Part shown: piece after piece, positions 19,525 to 29,602 of the stretch | How positions within the stretch are numbered: position 1 is the first letter of the stretch | Layout: the number at the start of each line of letters is the position of its first letter | IMG/VR virus record: IMGVR_UViG_3300022868_000009 | Location: 124,001 to 188,000 of that record | DNA: 64,000 nucleotides | Direction: 5' to 3' (one strand) | Made by a program: the position numbers and the translations under genes | The notes under the pieces: generated by a model | What the model saw: only the letters and a program-made list of their open reading frames with translations | Told to the model about the DNA's origin: nothing | Database searches by the model: none

Positions 19525-20517
19525 TTGAAACTATATATTAATATAAAATATCATAAATTTAAATTTAACAAAATGAAAAGTATTACAAAACAAGAACTAT
19601 TAGTAATTCTAAAAGAAATTATTACAAAACTCGAAAAAGAAGAAATACCTTACGAAATACCACTTTGTCATATTGATAAAAATACTTTCAATTATATAGA
19701 CTTTATAGTACCAGACAATATAGATGCTGTTACATTTGCAAATATATTAGATTTAACAATATATAAAAATGAAAAAGATAGAATTCAATTTGAATATAAA
19801 GATTTAAGAGTTAATTTTATTAAAAGTAATTTAACTGAATTAAAACCAACATATCATTATTATTCATGGAACATCTTATATCCAATATTAAATATTATGT
19901 TAGAAAAATTAAATCTAAGTTATACTACTCACGGTTTGAAATACATATTTGAAACTAAATCAATATTCATAAATAAAAATCTCCAGAAAATATTTGATTT
20001 CATGGAGATTAGCTTTAAAAATATTTATGGTATTAATATACCAACATTAAATCAAATATTTAATGAAATTATAAAATCCTCATATTTCAATTATAATTTA
20101 TTTACAAAAAAATCTTTTGAAAAACATGATCCAATGTATAAATATAATAAAGATTATTACGACAAGTTTTTAAAATATATCAAAGTTATGAAGAATAGTG
20201 AATTAAACTTTGATTTTGATTCATTTGATGATTCTACTAAATTTGAAAATATACATTCATTCTTTCCTGAAAGTAAATTTCTAACTAGAATGTATAAAAT
20301 ATATGCAGAAAAACAAATACCAACGAAAATTTTAGAAAAAATAATGTCTAACAAACAAACACTAGAAGAAAAATTTGCAACAACTCCAAATATAGGGCAA
20401 TTAATTAAAAGTAAAGAAAAAGAAATTCAAGATAATAAAATTAAAATGAAAAAACCTTCCTTACGTGATATCAAAGATATCAAAGAGGAAGGTGATAACA
20501 TTTTTTGGGAAGATTAA
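19525..20517 (+). CDS. Hypothetical protein, possibly degenerate nucleotidyltransferase fold
   Basis: FNYIDFIV resembles an eroded FGDxD motif; weak. Confidence 0.45.
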   Translation: MKLYINIKYHKFKFNKMKSITKQELLVILKEIITKLEKEEIPYEIPLCHIDKNTFNYIDFIVPDNIDAVTFANILDLTIYKNEKDRIQFEYKDLRVNFIKSNLTELKPTYHYYSWNILYPILNIMLEKLNLSYTTHGLKYIFETKSIFINKNLQKIFDFMEISFKNIYGINIPTLNQIFNEIIKSSYFNYNLFTKKSFEKHDPMYKYNKDYYDKFLKYIKVMKNSELNFDFDSFDDSTKFENIHSFFPESKFLTRMYKIYAEKQIPTKILEKIMSNKQTLEEKFATTPNIGQLIKSKEKEIQDNKIKMKKPSLRDIKDIKEEGDNIFWED

Positions 20518-20553
20518 AGTTCATAATCTAATTCAGAACCATTAGGAGAAATA

Positions 20554-20802
20554 TTAACCATTCTCATCTTTATCTATTTTAATTTTTCCTTCACTCACAT
20601 CTTTAAAAACTTTTGGGTGATAATCTTTAAACAATTGTAATCTGGTCGTTTCCCATCCAATTGGTGGTAATGTAAAATCTTCAAAATATGTGTAGCGAAT
20701 CATACCACATAAATTAGATCCTGCTTTTTTAATAGAGTTATCTTTCAGAGTAACTTCAAATTCTCCATCACCTATATGTTTTATTTTGTAATCGTAATCC
20801 AT
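20554..20802 (-). CDS. Hypothetical protein
   Basis: ORF. Confidence 0.55.
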   Translation of the reverse strand: MDYDYKIKHIGDGEFEVTLKDNSIKKAGSNLCGMIRYTYFEDFTLPPIGWETTRLQLFKDYHPKVFKDVSEGKIKIDKDENG

Positions 20803-20872
20803 TATTTTATTTTTGACATTTTATAAAATGAATCATTTTTCAATGCCTTTTGTATATCTTTTTATTATTTTT

Positions 20873-21904
20873 TTAAAAATCCCAGAAATCGTCTTTTTCT
20901 TCTTCAGATTTGAATTCTGGAAGTCTCATTTTCATTTTTTCAAGTAATATTTCTGGTAAAACCCATTCATCTAAATATACAAGTTGAATATTCATTGTAA
21001 TATTTTCTGTTACTTTATTAGAAACTTCTTGATTTGTGATCTTTTTATAATATATAGCAACATCTTTACATCTTTCAACAAATTGTTTTGATTTAAAATC
21101 TATATTATCAGGATACATTTCTTTATAAATATCATAACATTTTTCAGCACCTATATCTCCAATTCCTCTACCATTCTCATCATCCCAAACACCATTTTTA
21201 ACTTTCATCACTCCTTTAACATTATCTCCAGAATCTCCAGAAACTATTTTACAAAATAATGATTTCTCATCATTCACTTCTTTAAGTTTAGTATTCATTA
21301 TCAATTGTTCTAGATAGTTAACAAATTCATCTTCATTTGACAAACTAAATATATCATTTGAATCACCATTAAGACCATCTAAGAATATTTTATAATTTTC
21401 TGGAACATAAACACGTTGATCATTAAATTTATAATTCCACATAACATTAATATAATTTTTTTCAATATCATAATGAATTAATTGTTGAATATCAGCATCA
21501 CTAGATACTATCATATTTGTATAGCCTTGTTTGTTTGATTGTTTAACAATATATGCTAATATATCATCACCTTCAAGTCCATCTACTTCTATTAAGTTAC
21601 ATCTAGGATTATTTGAAATTGATTGTTTGAAATCGTCATATTCTTTAAACACGAAATCCCAATCAATTGTCTCGTCTTTTTTTCTTGTGCCTTTATATTC
21701 TATATCTAAAAATTCTTTTCTCCAAGACTTTCCTCTATCAGAAACAAAATATATTTTATCAAAAGGGTAGGATTTTGTTATTTTGTCATAATCTCTTGAC
21801 ATCAATGCTATTAAATCTTCATTAATAGACCTTGATTTTTTTAGTATGAAAACATCTTTATATAAAAGATAGTTTCCATCTATAATACAACAAGTTTTTA
21901 TCAT
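20873..21904 (-). CDS. rnh: T4 RNase H-like 5'-3' exonuclease (flap endonuclease family)
   Basis: IIDGN, SWRK..YKGTRK, EGDD, SSDADIQQL, GDSGDNV. Confidence 0.9.
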   Translation of the reverse strand: MIKTCCIIDGNYLLYKDVFILKKSRSINEDLIALMSRDYDKITKSYPFDKIYFVSDRGKSWRKEFLDIEYKGTRKKDETIDWDFVFKEYDDFKQSISNNPRCNLIEVDGLEGDDILAYIVKQSNKQGYTNMIVSSDADIQQLIHYDIEKNYINVMWNYKFNDQRVYVPENYKIFLDGLNGDSNDIFSLSNEDEFVNYLEQLIMNTKLKEVNDEKSLFCKIVSGDSGDNVKGVMKVKNGVWDDENGRGIGDIGAEKCYDIYKEMYPDNIDFKSKQFVERCKDVAIYYKKITNQEVSNKVTENITMNIQLVYLDEWVLPEILLEKMKMRLPEFKSEEEKDDFWDF

Positions 21905-21920
21905 TCATAGTTTTTAATTT

Positions 21921-22544
21921 TTAATAGTGAAAACACACTCTAGTTTCAAATTTAACATTATGACCACCAAACGGACGGTTCATACTATTTGGATTTTGTA
22001 TTTCTATAATATGGCCCAATTGCATTATAAAAAATATACTTGCATTGAGTAACTTTTTATTTAATATTTGTGCCATTTCTTTTATTAAAATATCTTTATA
22101 AATTTTATTATTATGTATTTCAATTATAGATCCATGATCAATTTTTTTAATATGTTGATATGGGTCATAACAACAACTTGTTGAATAAGTTTCAATAGTA
22201 AATGTTTTACAGTAGTTTGAATAATCAGGAACATTTAATAAAAAATCATTTTCAAAAGACTGATTAATTTTTTCTTCAATAGGAAACTTATAATGAAAAT
22301 AAGGTGCATCTATATTAACAACTTTCATATCTTCTATGTTAATTAAAGAGGCTAACTGTATCATAGATTTAACAGTTTCAATTTTAGTCTCATTTCTATC
22401 AGTTATACTATAATATGATGACGGACTCATATTATGAAAATCCATATTTATATATTTATTAATTGATTCAATTAACCAAGGTATTTTATGGTCTTCAATT
22501 TTCAATTTCTTTATATAATCTTTAATTGATTGTAAATCATTCAT
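21921..22544 (-). CDS. Hypothetical protein
   Basis: ORF; loose resemblance to 23588..24124. Confidence 0.55.
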   Translation of the reverse strand: MNDLQSIKDYIKKLKIEDHKIPWLIESINKYINMDFHNMSPSSYYSITDRNETKIETVKSMIQLASLINIEDMKVVNIDAPYFHYKFPIEEKINQSFENDFLLNVPDYSNYCKTFTIETYSTSCCYDPYQHIKKIDHGSIIEIHNNKIYKDILIKEMAQILNKKLLNASIFFIMQLGHIIEIQNPNSMNRPFGGHNVKFETRVCFHY

Positions 22545-22554
22545 ATTATTTTGT

Positions 22555-22860
22555 TTATCCTAATACATACTTTTCAGTAATTGGAACAGGAATTTCAATT
22601 GTACCACCTTGATTATCAGAAACTGTTTTAATAATTGTGAAAATTATATCTATACTTTCTAATTTCTCTAATTTTTTTGAAGTTTGACCATCTTCGACGA
22701 GCATTTCTTCAACAACGTAATTAAGTTTTATGCCAGGTTCTTCACCAAGACTTTGGTGTAAATCTTTCTTAATTTGTTCTACATCAATATCACTATTTAA
22801 ATCTAATGAATTAATATAATTGTTAATTTGTTTCTTTTTGTGTAATTGCATATTATCCAT
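22555..22860 (-). CDS. Hypothetical protein
   Basis: ORF. Confidence 0.6.
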   Translation of the reverse strand: MDNMQLHKKKQINNYINSLDLNSDIDVEQIKKDLHQSLGEEPGIKLNYVVEEMLVEDGQTSKKLEKLESIDIIFTIIKTVSDNQGGTIEIPVPITEKYVLG

Positions 22861-22868
22861 AACACTTT

Positions 22869-23414
22869 TTATTTTTTAGGTTTAAAAATCATTGTCATTC
22901 TTCTTCCTACTAATTTAGGCATCATTTCCACGATTGAATCATTTTCTAATTCACTAGCTAATCTTAATAATAAAATTTCGCCTTTTTCTTTAAAAGTAAT
23001 TTCTCTGCCTTTAAAAAACACATATGCCTTAACTTTATTGTTTTTTTGAAGAAAATTTCTAATATGATTCAATTTAAATTGAAAATCATGATTATCAGTA
23101 TTTGGGCCAAATCTCACTTCTTTCAAACCCATTTGATTTTCTTTTTGTTTTTGTTCAATATCTTTTTGTTTCTTTTTTATTTCATAAAGAAACTTGTTAT
23201 AATCAACCAATTTACATACAGGAGGTTTTGCATTTGGACTTATCTCTACTAAATCTACACCATACTCATCAGCTAAACTTATAGCTTCTTCTAATGTGTA
23301 TATTCCTTTTTCTATCTCCTCTATATCACCTATTATTCTTACTTCAGTAATTTTACCCCATTGAGATATTTTAATATTAATTCTGTGTTGTTCTTTTTTA
23401 TTTTGTCTCACCAT
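22869..23414 (-). CDS. infC: Translation initiation factor IF-3
   Basis: DLVEISPNAKPPVCKLVDYNKFLYE, KEVRFGPNTDNHDFQFK, KVKAYVFFKGRE. Confidence 0.95.
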   Translation of the reverse strand: MVRQNKKEQHRINIKISQWGKITEVRIIGDIEEIEKGIYTLEEAISLADEYGVDLVEISPNAKPPVCKLVDYNKFLYEIKKKQKDIEQKQKENQMGLKEVRFGPNTDNHDFQFKLNHIRNFLQKNNKVKAYVFFKGREITFKEKGEILLLRLASELENDSIVEMMPKLVGRRMTMIFKPKK

Positions 23415-23598
23415 ATATTTTTCTAATTCTATTAATTATATTTTTTTCTATTTTTTGTATATCATAATCTAGTGGTATACCTAAGTTACCATAAAGACTG
23501 TTTTTAATTATTTTAAGAGGTGCACCTAAATTACCAATCATTCTTCCTTTATATATTATCAAAGGCGCGCCCAAATTACCCAAAACTTTATTCTGCAT
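23398..23598 (-). CDS. Small protein with three GNLG(A/I)PL repeats
   Basis: Repeats visible in the translation. Confidence 0.6.
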   Translation of the reverse strand: MQNKVLGNLGAPLIIYKGRMIGNLGAPLKIIKNSLYGNLGIPLDYDIQKIEKNIINRIRKIYGETK

Positions 23599-24124
23599 AA
23601 AATCTACTCCTCAAAATCATTTTAGAATTATTAATATCTACTAAATCTAACGCTATACTTGACACTATTGCATAAGGTTTAAATAATTTCATATTAATAA
23701 GTTTCTCATTAATTTTTTCTACAGTTTCCTCAATTAATAAATTTTCTAAATCTGCAATAATATCTATTCCAACGTGTCTTAAATCTTCTACCTCATTCAT
23801 TGGTATTATAATAGAAAATTGATATGTCTCTGTCATATGTTTCATATCAACTGCTCTCTGCATAGGTTCTACTTTAATACCATCTAAATTTAATTTAGAA
23901 AGTATCTTTATGGATATTGGTAATGTGTTATCTATTTCAGTCACATATTTATTATAAATAGGATTTTCAATATCTCTTGATATATAGGAATTTTTATTCA
24001 TATCTCTCATTGCATGATATTCAGCATATATAGACATCCATTCCAAATCTTTCTCTTTTATATCTAAATTTTCAAGTACTGGTTTCCATTTATTAATTGA
24101 TCTTACTTTATCAATATGTTCCAT
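23588..24124 (-). CDS. Hypothetical protein with major-capsid-like N-terminal segment
   Basis: KWKPVLE...WMSIYAEYH resembles the gp23 N-terminal KWxPxLE. Confidence 0.45.
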   Translation of the reverse strand: MEHIDKVRSINKWKPVLENLDIKEKDLEWMSIYAEYHAMRDMNKNSYISRDIENPIYNKYVTEIDNTLPISIKILSKLNLDGIKVEPMQRAVDMKHMTETYQFSIIIPMNEVEDLRHVGIDIIADLENLLIEETVEKINEKLINMKLFKPYAIVSSIALDLVDINNSKMILRSRFYAE

Positions 24125-25101
24125 TAATTATTCATTATATTTTTAAGTTCAGTAATAAAAGATACTAAATGTATTTCAGGATCTAAAGTTTGATCATATT
24201 CAGCATTATACTCTTTACACAATTTAATAAATTCCTGTCCTTTTTTAATAGCCAATGTACTATCTTTCTCTAAAAGATATTTAAAAAATGGTCTACCTAA
24301 CAATTTAAGTAAAACATCCGTTTTATCTCTATAATTATCTAATACAAGATAATAATTCTGACCTACATTATTATCATTATCCAATATATAGTCATAAAGT
24401 TCTAAATTAGTTGAATTTTTTTGTTCTTTTAATATTTCATAATCTCCAATTATTGATACTTCCTGTAAGTCTTGAATTGAGGATCTAAAATCTGGAAAAT
24501 TACTATTGATAATATTCTCTAATATCTGATCATTAATCTCTATTTTTTCAGATTTAGCAACAGTCTTCAAAAAACTTAATTGTGATTTTCTAATAAACTG
24601 TGATTCATCACTATTTAAAGGTTCAAAATTAATAACATTAAATCTTGATAAAATCGCCATACCTGTTTCATCTCTTTGAAATTTAGACATACTATTCGCA
24701 GTCGCAACAAATCTAACATTATCAGAATGTTCTTCAATAAAACCTCTTAACCCTTCTCTAAATTGTCTAGTTGTACCATCAAATTCTTCTAACCACACAG
24801 TTTTCATACCTTTATTACCCAGTAAACCATATGTTGTACAGTGATCATCTATCTTTTTTCTAACTGTATCAATACCATTTTCAAGTGAACAGTTAATTTT
24901 TAAACAATTTGTTCCTTCTGTTAATATTTTTGCGAGTGTAGTTTTACCTATACCAGCACTTCCATAAAATATCATATTTGTTTTAATACCATCTTTAATA
25001 AATTTTTCAATTCGTGGTAATAAAAACATTTTTATTTTACCAGATTCTTTAATTAGTGTATTGGGTCTATATTTTTCCCAAAATAATTTGTCTTTAATCA
25101 T
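24124..25101 (-). CDS. Clamp loader ATPase subunit (gp44/RFC-like)
   Basis: WEKYRP, GSAGIGKTT, EEFD, LRGFIE, SRF, FPDFR. Confidence 0.9.
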   Translation of the reverse strand: MIKDKLFWEKYRPNTLIKESGKIKMFLLPRIEKFIKDGIKTNMIFYGSAGIGKTTLAKILTEGTNCLKINCSLENGIDTVRKKIDDHCTTYGLLGNKGMKTVWLEEFDGTTRQFREGLRGFIEEHSDNVRFVATANSMSKFQRDETGMAILSRFNVINFEPLNSDESQFIRKSQLSFLKTVAKSEKIEINDQILENIINSNFPDFRSSIQDLQEVSIIGDYEILKEQKNSTNLELYDYILDNDNNVGQNYYLVLDNYRDKTDVLLKLLGRPFFKYLLEKDSTLAIKKGQEFIKLCKEYNAEYDQTLDPEIHLVSFITELKNIMNN

Positions 25102-25159
25102 AATTCATAAATTTAAAATTCTGGATATTATACTTAATAATAAAAAGTTAGTTTAAATT

Positions 25160-25188
25160 AAAAAAGCACCATATTTCATGGTGCTTTT
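25160..25188 (-). terminator. Intrinsic terminator
   Basis: aaaagcaccat-atttc-atggtgctttt hairpin with U tract. Confidence 0.7.
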
Positions 25189-25210
25189 AAGATTATTTAA
25201 TATTTAATTT

Positions 25211-25840
25211 CTATGAAATAGGTCCATTTTGATTTTGTGATTGATCTGTAGGGAAATTATATTGATTTTTTTCAGGTATAAAAGTATCATTTGGAGTTAC
25301 ATCATCTATTTTTTCTTCTGTTTTTATTTCCCAATCTTTTTCTAAATGAAATTCTGATTCATCAACATAAATTAAATCATCTAATAATTCATCTGATTTA
25401 ATACTCATATCTTCTTCTAAGTTAACAACTTTTTCAATTTTATCAAAATTATCAAAATTTTCAAAACCACATTTAAATGCAATATATTCACAGTAATTTA
25501 TATTTCTATTTAATTGATCGGCTATATATTCACTATAATCAACTGTTTTATTTAATTGTTCATCTATTTTATCTTTTTCAAGAATATTAGAAACATCATT
25601 TTTATATCCATGATCTTCTAACTCGACCCATTTTTCTAACGGAGAATCTTCTATAGAATTTAGTATTTCAATTCTTGATTCAAATTCTGTAGGTAAATAA
25701 TAATTATAAATCGTAGTAGTACCTTTTTGTTGTGTTTTTGGCACAAAATTGATATAATTATTTATTATAATATCAATTTCAGATTTACTTCTTCCTTGTC
25801 CAACTTGTATATAATGTACTAGAATTAATTCTTTCTTCAT
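25211..25840 (-). CDS. Hypothetical acidic protein
   Basis: Contains YSEYIAD/YCEYIA repeat. Confidence 0.6.
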   Translation of the reverse strand: MKKELILVHYIQVGQGRSKSEIDIIINNYINFVPKTQQKGTTTIYNYYLPTEFESRIEILNSIEDSPLEKWVELEDHGYKNDVSNILEKDKIDEQLNKTVDYSEYIADQLNRNINYCEYIAFKCGFENFDNFDKIEKVVNLEEDMSIKSDELLDDLIYVDESEFHLEKDWEIKTEEKIDDVTPNDTFIPEKNQYNFPTDQSQNQNGPIS

Positions 25841-25894
25841 AATAATTTTTTTATTTTAATTATATATTATGAAAAATTGGTCCATATCGAAAAT

Positions 25895-26281
25895 TTATTC
25901 AGGCAAAGAATTTAAAGTGTTAGGAATATTATCAGATTTTAATATAATATCTGTTACTTTATTAATATATTCTTCTTGTTTTACAGATTCTAATTTTCTA
26001 AGGTATTCCTTCTCTTTTTCTTTATCTTTTAGATGTTCTTTATATTTATCCCAATTACTTTTTGTAATTTTGGAAAGCACATCTTCAGCTCTTAATATTA
26101 TATTTTGTAGTCTTATTTGAGCTTTTTCAGGATTTTTAGCTAGTTTAGATAAACTATCCATTTCAAGTAGTAAATCATCACACTCTTTTACAGTATCTTC
26201 AGAACCACCAAAAATCATGAATAGACGCTTAGCGGCGTCTATTCTATTATACATTATATTAACTCTTTTTCTAACTGACAT
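25895..26281 (-). CDS. Hypothetical protein
   Basis: ORF in operon. Confidence 0.6.
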   Translation of the reverse strand: MSVRKRVNIMYNRIDAAKRLFMIFGGSEDTVKECDDLLLEMDSLSKLAKNPEKAQIRLQNIILRAEDVLSKITKSNWDKYKEHLKDKEKEKEYLRKLESVKQEEYINKVTDIILKSDNIPNTLNSLPE

Positions 26282-26943
26282 TAAATCATCTTATCTATAT
26301 TTTCTATTCTAATTTTACCTTTACCAACTAAACTTTCACAACTTCTACTAAAATCTGCTAAAAAATCATTATTTTCTTTAACAAATAATTTATAATCTAT
26401 TTGTTTATCTTCATTAATATACTCAGTTGAAGGTAAATAATTAACATTCCAACCTTCATCTAATTTAGTAATAAGTATTTTACTTTCTGATACAAAAAAG
26501 TTTTTAATATCTTTTTCAGACAAATATTCTAAAAAATAATCTTCTGGAATATTTTTCAAATCATTAAGTTGAATAGTTGATTCTTTAATAACATAGTCTT
26601 CATAACTAAATACCTCTTTAGGTTCAGGAATCATATTAAGAGAATCTAATTCATCATATAAAGTATTAACCATATTATTTAAAACAGGTAAACTATACAT
26701 ATGAATAGATGAATGTATAGTTGATTCTAATAAAAGATCACTAGTATTTTTAGTATGTTCTTTAATATAATTTTCAATTTTATCAATCAATTCTTCTTTA
26801 CCTTTTAAAGTTAAATTTGAAGGTTCATTATCATATTGAATAACAATTTTTTCTTCTATTAATCTACCAATAGTTTTTCTTAATTGAGAAGGATATTTCT
26901 TAGTATATTCTTCTTTTTTATCGTAATTACTAAATTTTTTCAT
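26281..26943 (-). CDS. Hypothetical protein, capsid-targeting-like N-terminus
   Basis: MKKFSNYD start. Confidence 0.6.
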   Translation of the reverse strand: MKKFSNYDKKEEYTKKYPSQLRKTIGRLIEEKIVIQYDNEPSNLTLKGKEELIDKIENYIKEHTKNTSDLLLESTIHSSIHMYSLPVLNNMVNTLYDELDSLNMIPEPKEVFSYEDYVIKESTIQLNDLKNIPEDYFLEYLSEKDIKNFFVSESKILITKLDEGWNVNYLPSTEYINEDKQIDYKLFVKENNDFLADFSRSCESLVGKGKIRIENIDKMI

Positions 26944-26945
26944 AA

Positions 26946-27266
26946 TTATTTCTTAATTTTTTTACTTTCTACGATTAATTCACCATCTTTCCCAACTATT
27001 GTTTCATATATTTCAACATCTTTTTCAACTTTTCTTTGAAGTCTTGTTGGATTAGATTTAATTGATTCTAATGTGAGTATCTTATTTTGAATTTCTTCTC
27101 TTTTAATTAAAACAGATAAAGAATTAACTAAATCTTCTTTTCCCTTAATTTCTCCTTCATCTATTTTCAAAGATTGTTCTATTATATCATAAACATCATA
27201 CCTAACTTTATCATTTCCTGTATATGGATTATTATTTTCATTTAAAGAATTACTAAAAGTTTTCAT
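26946..27266 (-). CDS. Hypothetical protein, capsid-targeting-like N-terminus
   Basis: MKTFSNSLNE start. Confidence 0.6.
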   Translation of the reverse strand: MKTFSNSLNENNNPYTGNDKVRYDVYDIIEQSLKIDEGEIKGKEDLVNSLSVLIKREEIQNKILTLESIKSNPTRLQRKVEKDVEIYETIVGKDGELIVESKKIKK

Positions 27267-27410
27267 AGTTCTATTTTAATTTATTTGTATATATAAATTT
27301 TTAAAACTCATTCAAGAATCAAAATTTTTCATTTTTTTATTCTGAAAATTTTGATATATTTATATCAAATTACAAAACAAAAAATATTACATATATAAAC
27401 TAAATAAACA

Positions 27411-29567
27411 ATGGAAGAAAATACAGAAAATACAAATCAACCAAAATACCCTTGGTTAGCAAAATTTGCAATAAATTTAAATGATTATGCATCTAAAGGT
27501 AAATTAAAACCAGTAATAGGTAGAGACGAAGAAATTCGTAGAATATTACAAATACTTTCCAGAAAAACTAAAAATAATCCAATAGTTATAGGTGAATCAG
27601 GTGTTGGAAAAACATCTGTTGTTGAAGCATTAGCCCAAAGAATAGTTGATGGTGATGTACCTGAAAATCTTAAAGATAAAGTAATAGCATCTTTAGATTT
27701 AGCTACATTAGTTGCTGGTGCAAAATATAAAGGTGAATTCGAAGAAAGAATACAAACCATTGTAAAAGAAATAATTGAATCTAATGGTCAAATTATACTT
27801 TTTATTGATGAAATTCACACATTAGTTGGTACAGGTGGTGGAAATGGTGCAATGGATGCTGCAGGTATTTTAAAACCTATATTATCAAGAGGTGAAATTA
27901 GAGCAATTGGTGCAACAACTATTGATGAATATAAAAAATCAATTGAGCAAGATAGAGCATTAGATAGAAGATTTCAAACAGTTATGATTGATGAGCCTGA
28001 TAAATTTCAATCAATTTCAATTTTAAGAGGTATTAAAGATAGTTTTGAAAAACATCATGATGTTAGAATAGTAGATAGTGCTATTATAAGTGCTGTAGAA
28101 TTATCAATAAGATATGTATCTGATAGATTTTTACCAGATAAGGCTATTGATTTATTAGATGAAGCTTGTTCTAAATTAAGATTAGAAATAAATTCTGTAC
28201 CAGGTGAAATTGATGAAATATCTAGAAGAATTCAACAATTAGAAATTGAAAGAGAAGGTTTAAGAATGGAAGGAAACAATAAAAAAGTTTCAAAAATTAC
28301 ATCTGAAATAGATTCATTAACTGAAAGCTTAAAAACTTTTAATTTACAATGGAACAAAGAAATAGAACTTGTTGATAATATTAAAATATTAAAAAAAGAT
28401 TTAGCTGGATATAATAATGATATCGAAAAATTTAGAAATGAAGCATATTACGAACATGTAGCAAAATTACAATATGGTATAATACCAAAAGTAGAACTAG
28501 AAATAAAAGAACTAGAAGATAAACTTAAAGAAATACAAAAAGGTGTCCAACTTGTTGATGAAGAAGTTGATGGTGAAGATATAGCAGAAATTGTAGCAAA
28601 ATGGACTGGTATACCAGTTTCAAAAATGTTAAAATCTGAAAAAATAAAATTAGTAAATCTTGAAGATGAATTACATAAAAGAATTATTGGCCAAAATGAA
28701 GCTGTAACAGAATTATCAAACGCAGTAAGAAGAAGTAGATCCGGATTACAAGATACAAAAAAACCAATTGGTTCTTTTATTTTCTTAGGAACCACCGGAG
28801 TTGGTAAAACAGAAACAGCAAAAGCACTAGCTGAATATTTGTTTGATGATGAAAATGCAATGGTAAGAATTGATATGAGTGAATATATGGAAAGACATGC
28901 CGTAGCTAAATTAATCGGTCCCCCTCCAGGTTATATTGGTTATGAAGAAGGTGGTCAATTAACAGACCAGGTAAGAAGAAAACCTTATTCAGTAATTTTA
29001 TTTGATGAAATTGAAAAAGCTCACCCTGATACATTTAATACCTTATTACAAGTATTAGATGATGGTAGATTAACTGATAATAAAGGTAGAACTGTTGATT
29101 TTAAGAACACTATTATTATTATGACTTCTAATATTGGTTCTCATATTATTAGAGAAAATTTTGAAAAATTAACTGATGAAAATAGAGAAGAAGTTATTAA
29201 AAAAACCAATGATGAAGTAATGGAAGTTTTAAAAAATACTGTAAGACCAGAATTTTTAAATAGAATTGATGAAATTGTGACATTTCAACCATTAACAAGA
29301 GAAGAAATTAAAAAAATTGTAGTATTACAATTTAACTCAATCAAGAAAAGATTACCAGACGTTGAATTAGAATTAACAGAAAAAGCTCTTGATTATTTAA
29401 CATTAAAATCATATGATCCTCAATTTGGAGCTAGACCAGTTAAGAGAACATTACAAGATACAATTTTAGATGATTTATCAATGTCAATTTTAAAAGATGA
29501 AGTTAAAAAAGATGATGCTATTTTAATTGACTATGATGGTGAGAAAATAACATTTGACAATAAATAG
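27411..29567 (+). CDS. clpB: ClpB disaggregase lacking the N-terminal domain
   Basis: Two AAA+ modules (GESGVGKT, IDEIH; GTTGVGKT, FDEIEKAH), coiled-coil M domain, PPGYIGYEEGG. Confidence 0.92.
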   Translation: MEENTENTNQPKYPWLAKFAINLNDYASKGKLKPVIGRDEEIRRILQILSRKTKNNPIVIGESGVGKTSVVEALAQRIVDGDVPENLKDKVIASLDLATLVAGAKYKGEFEERIQTIVKEIIESNGQIILFIDEIHTLVGTGGGNGAMDAAGILKPILSRGEIRAIGATTIDEYKKSIEQDRALDRRFQTVMIDEPDKFQSISILRGIKDSFEKHHDVRIVDSAIISAVELSIRYVSDRFLPDKAIDLLDEACSKLRLEINSVPGEIDEISRRIQQLEIEREGLRMEGNNKKVSKITSEIDSLTESLKTFNLQWNKEIELVDNIKILKKDLAGYNNDIEKFRNEAYYEHVAKLQYGIIPKVELEIKELEDKLKEIQKGVQLVDEEVDGEDIAEIVAKWTGIPVSKMLKSEKIKLVNLEDELHKRIIGQNEAVTELSNAVRRSRSGLQDTKKPIGSFIFLGTTGVGKTETAKALAEYLFDDENAMVRIDMSEYMERHAVAKLIGPPPGYIGYEEGGQLTDQVRRKPYSVILFDEIEKAHPDTFNTLLQVLDDGRLTDNKGRTVDFKNTIIIMTSNIGSHIIRENFEKLTDENREEVIKKTNDEVMEVLKNTVRPEFLNRIDEIVTFQPLTREEIKKIVVLQFNSIKKRLPDVELELTEKALDYLTLKSYDPQFGARPVKRTLQDTILDDLSMSILKDEVKKDDAILIDYDGEKITFDNK

Positions 29568-29602
29568 TAGTTTATATATTTGTAGAGAAATTAATTTTTT
29601 GG

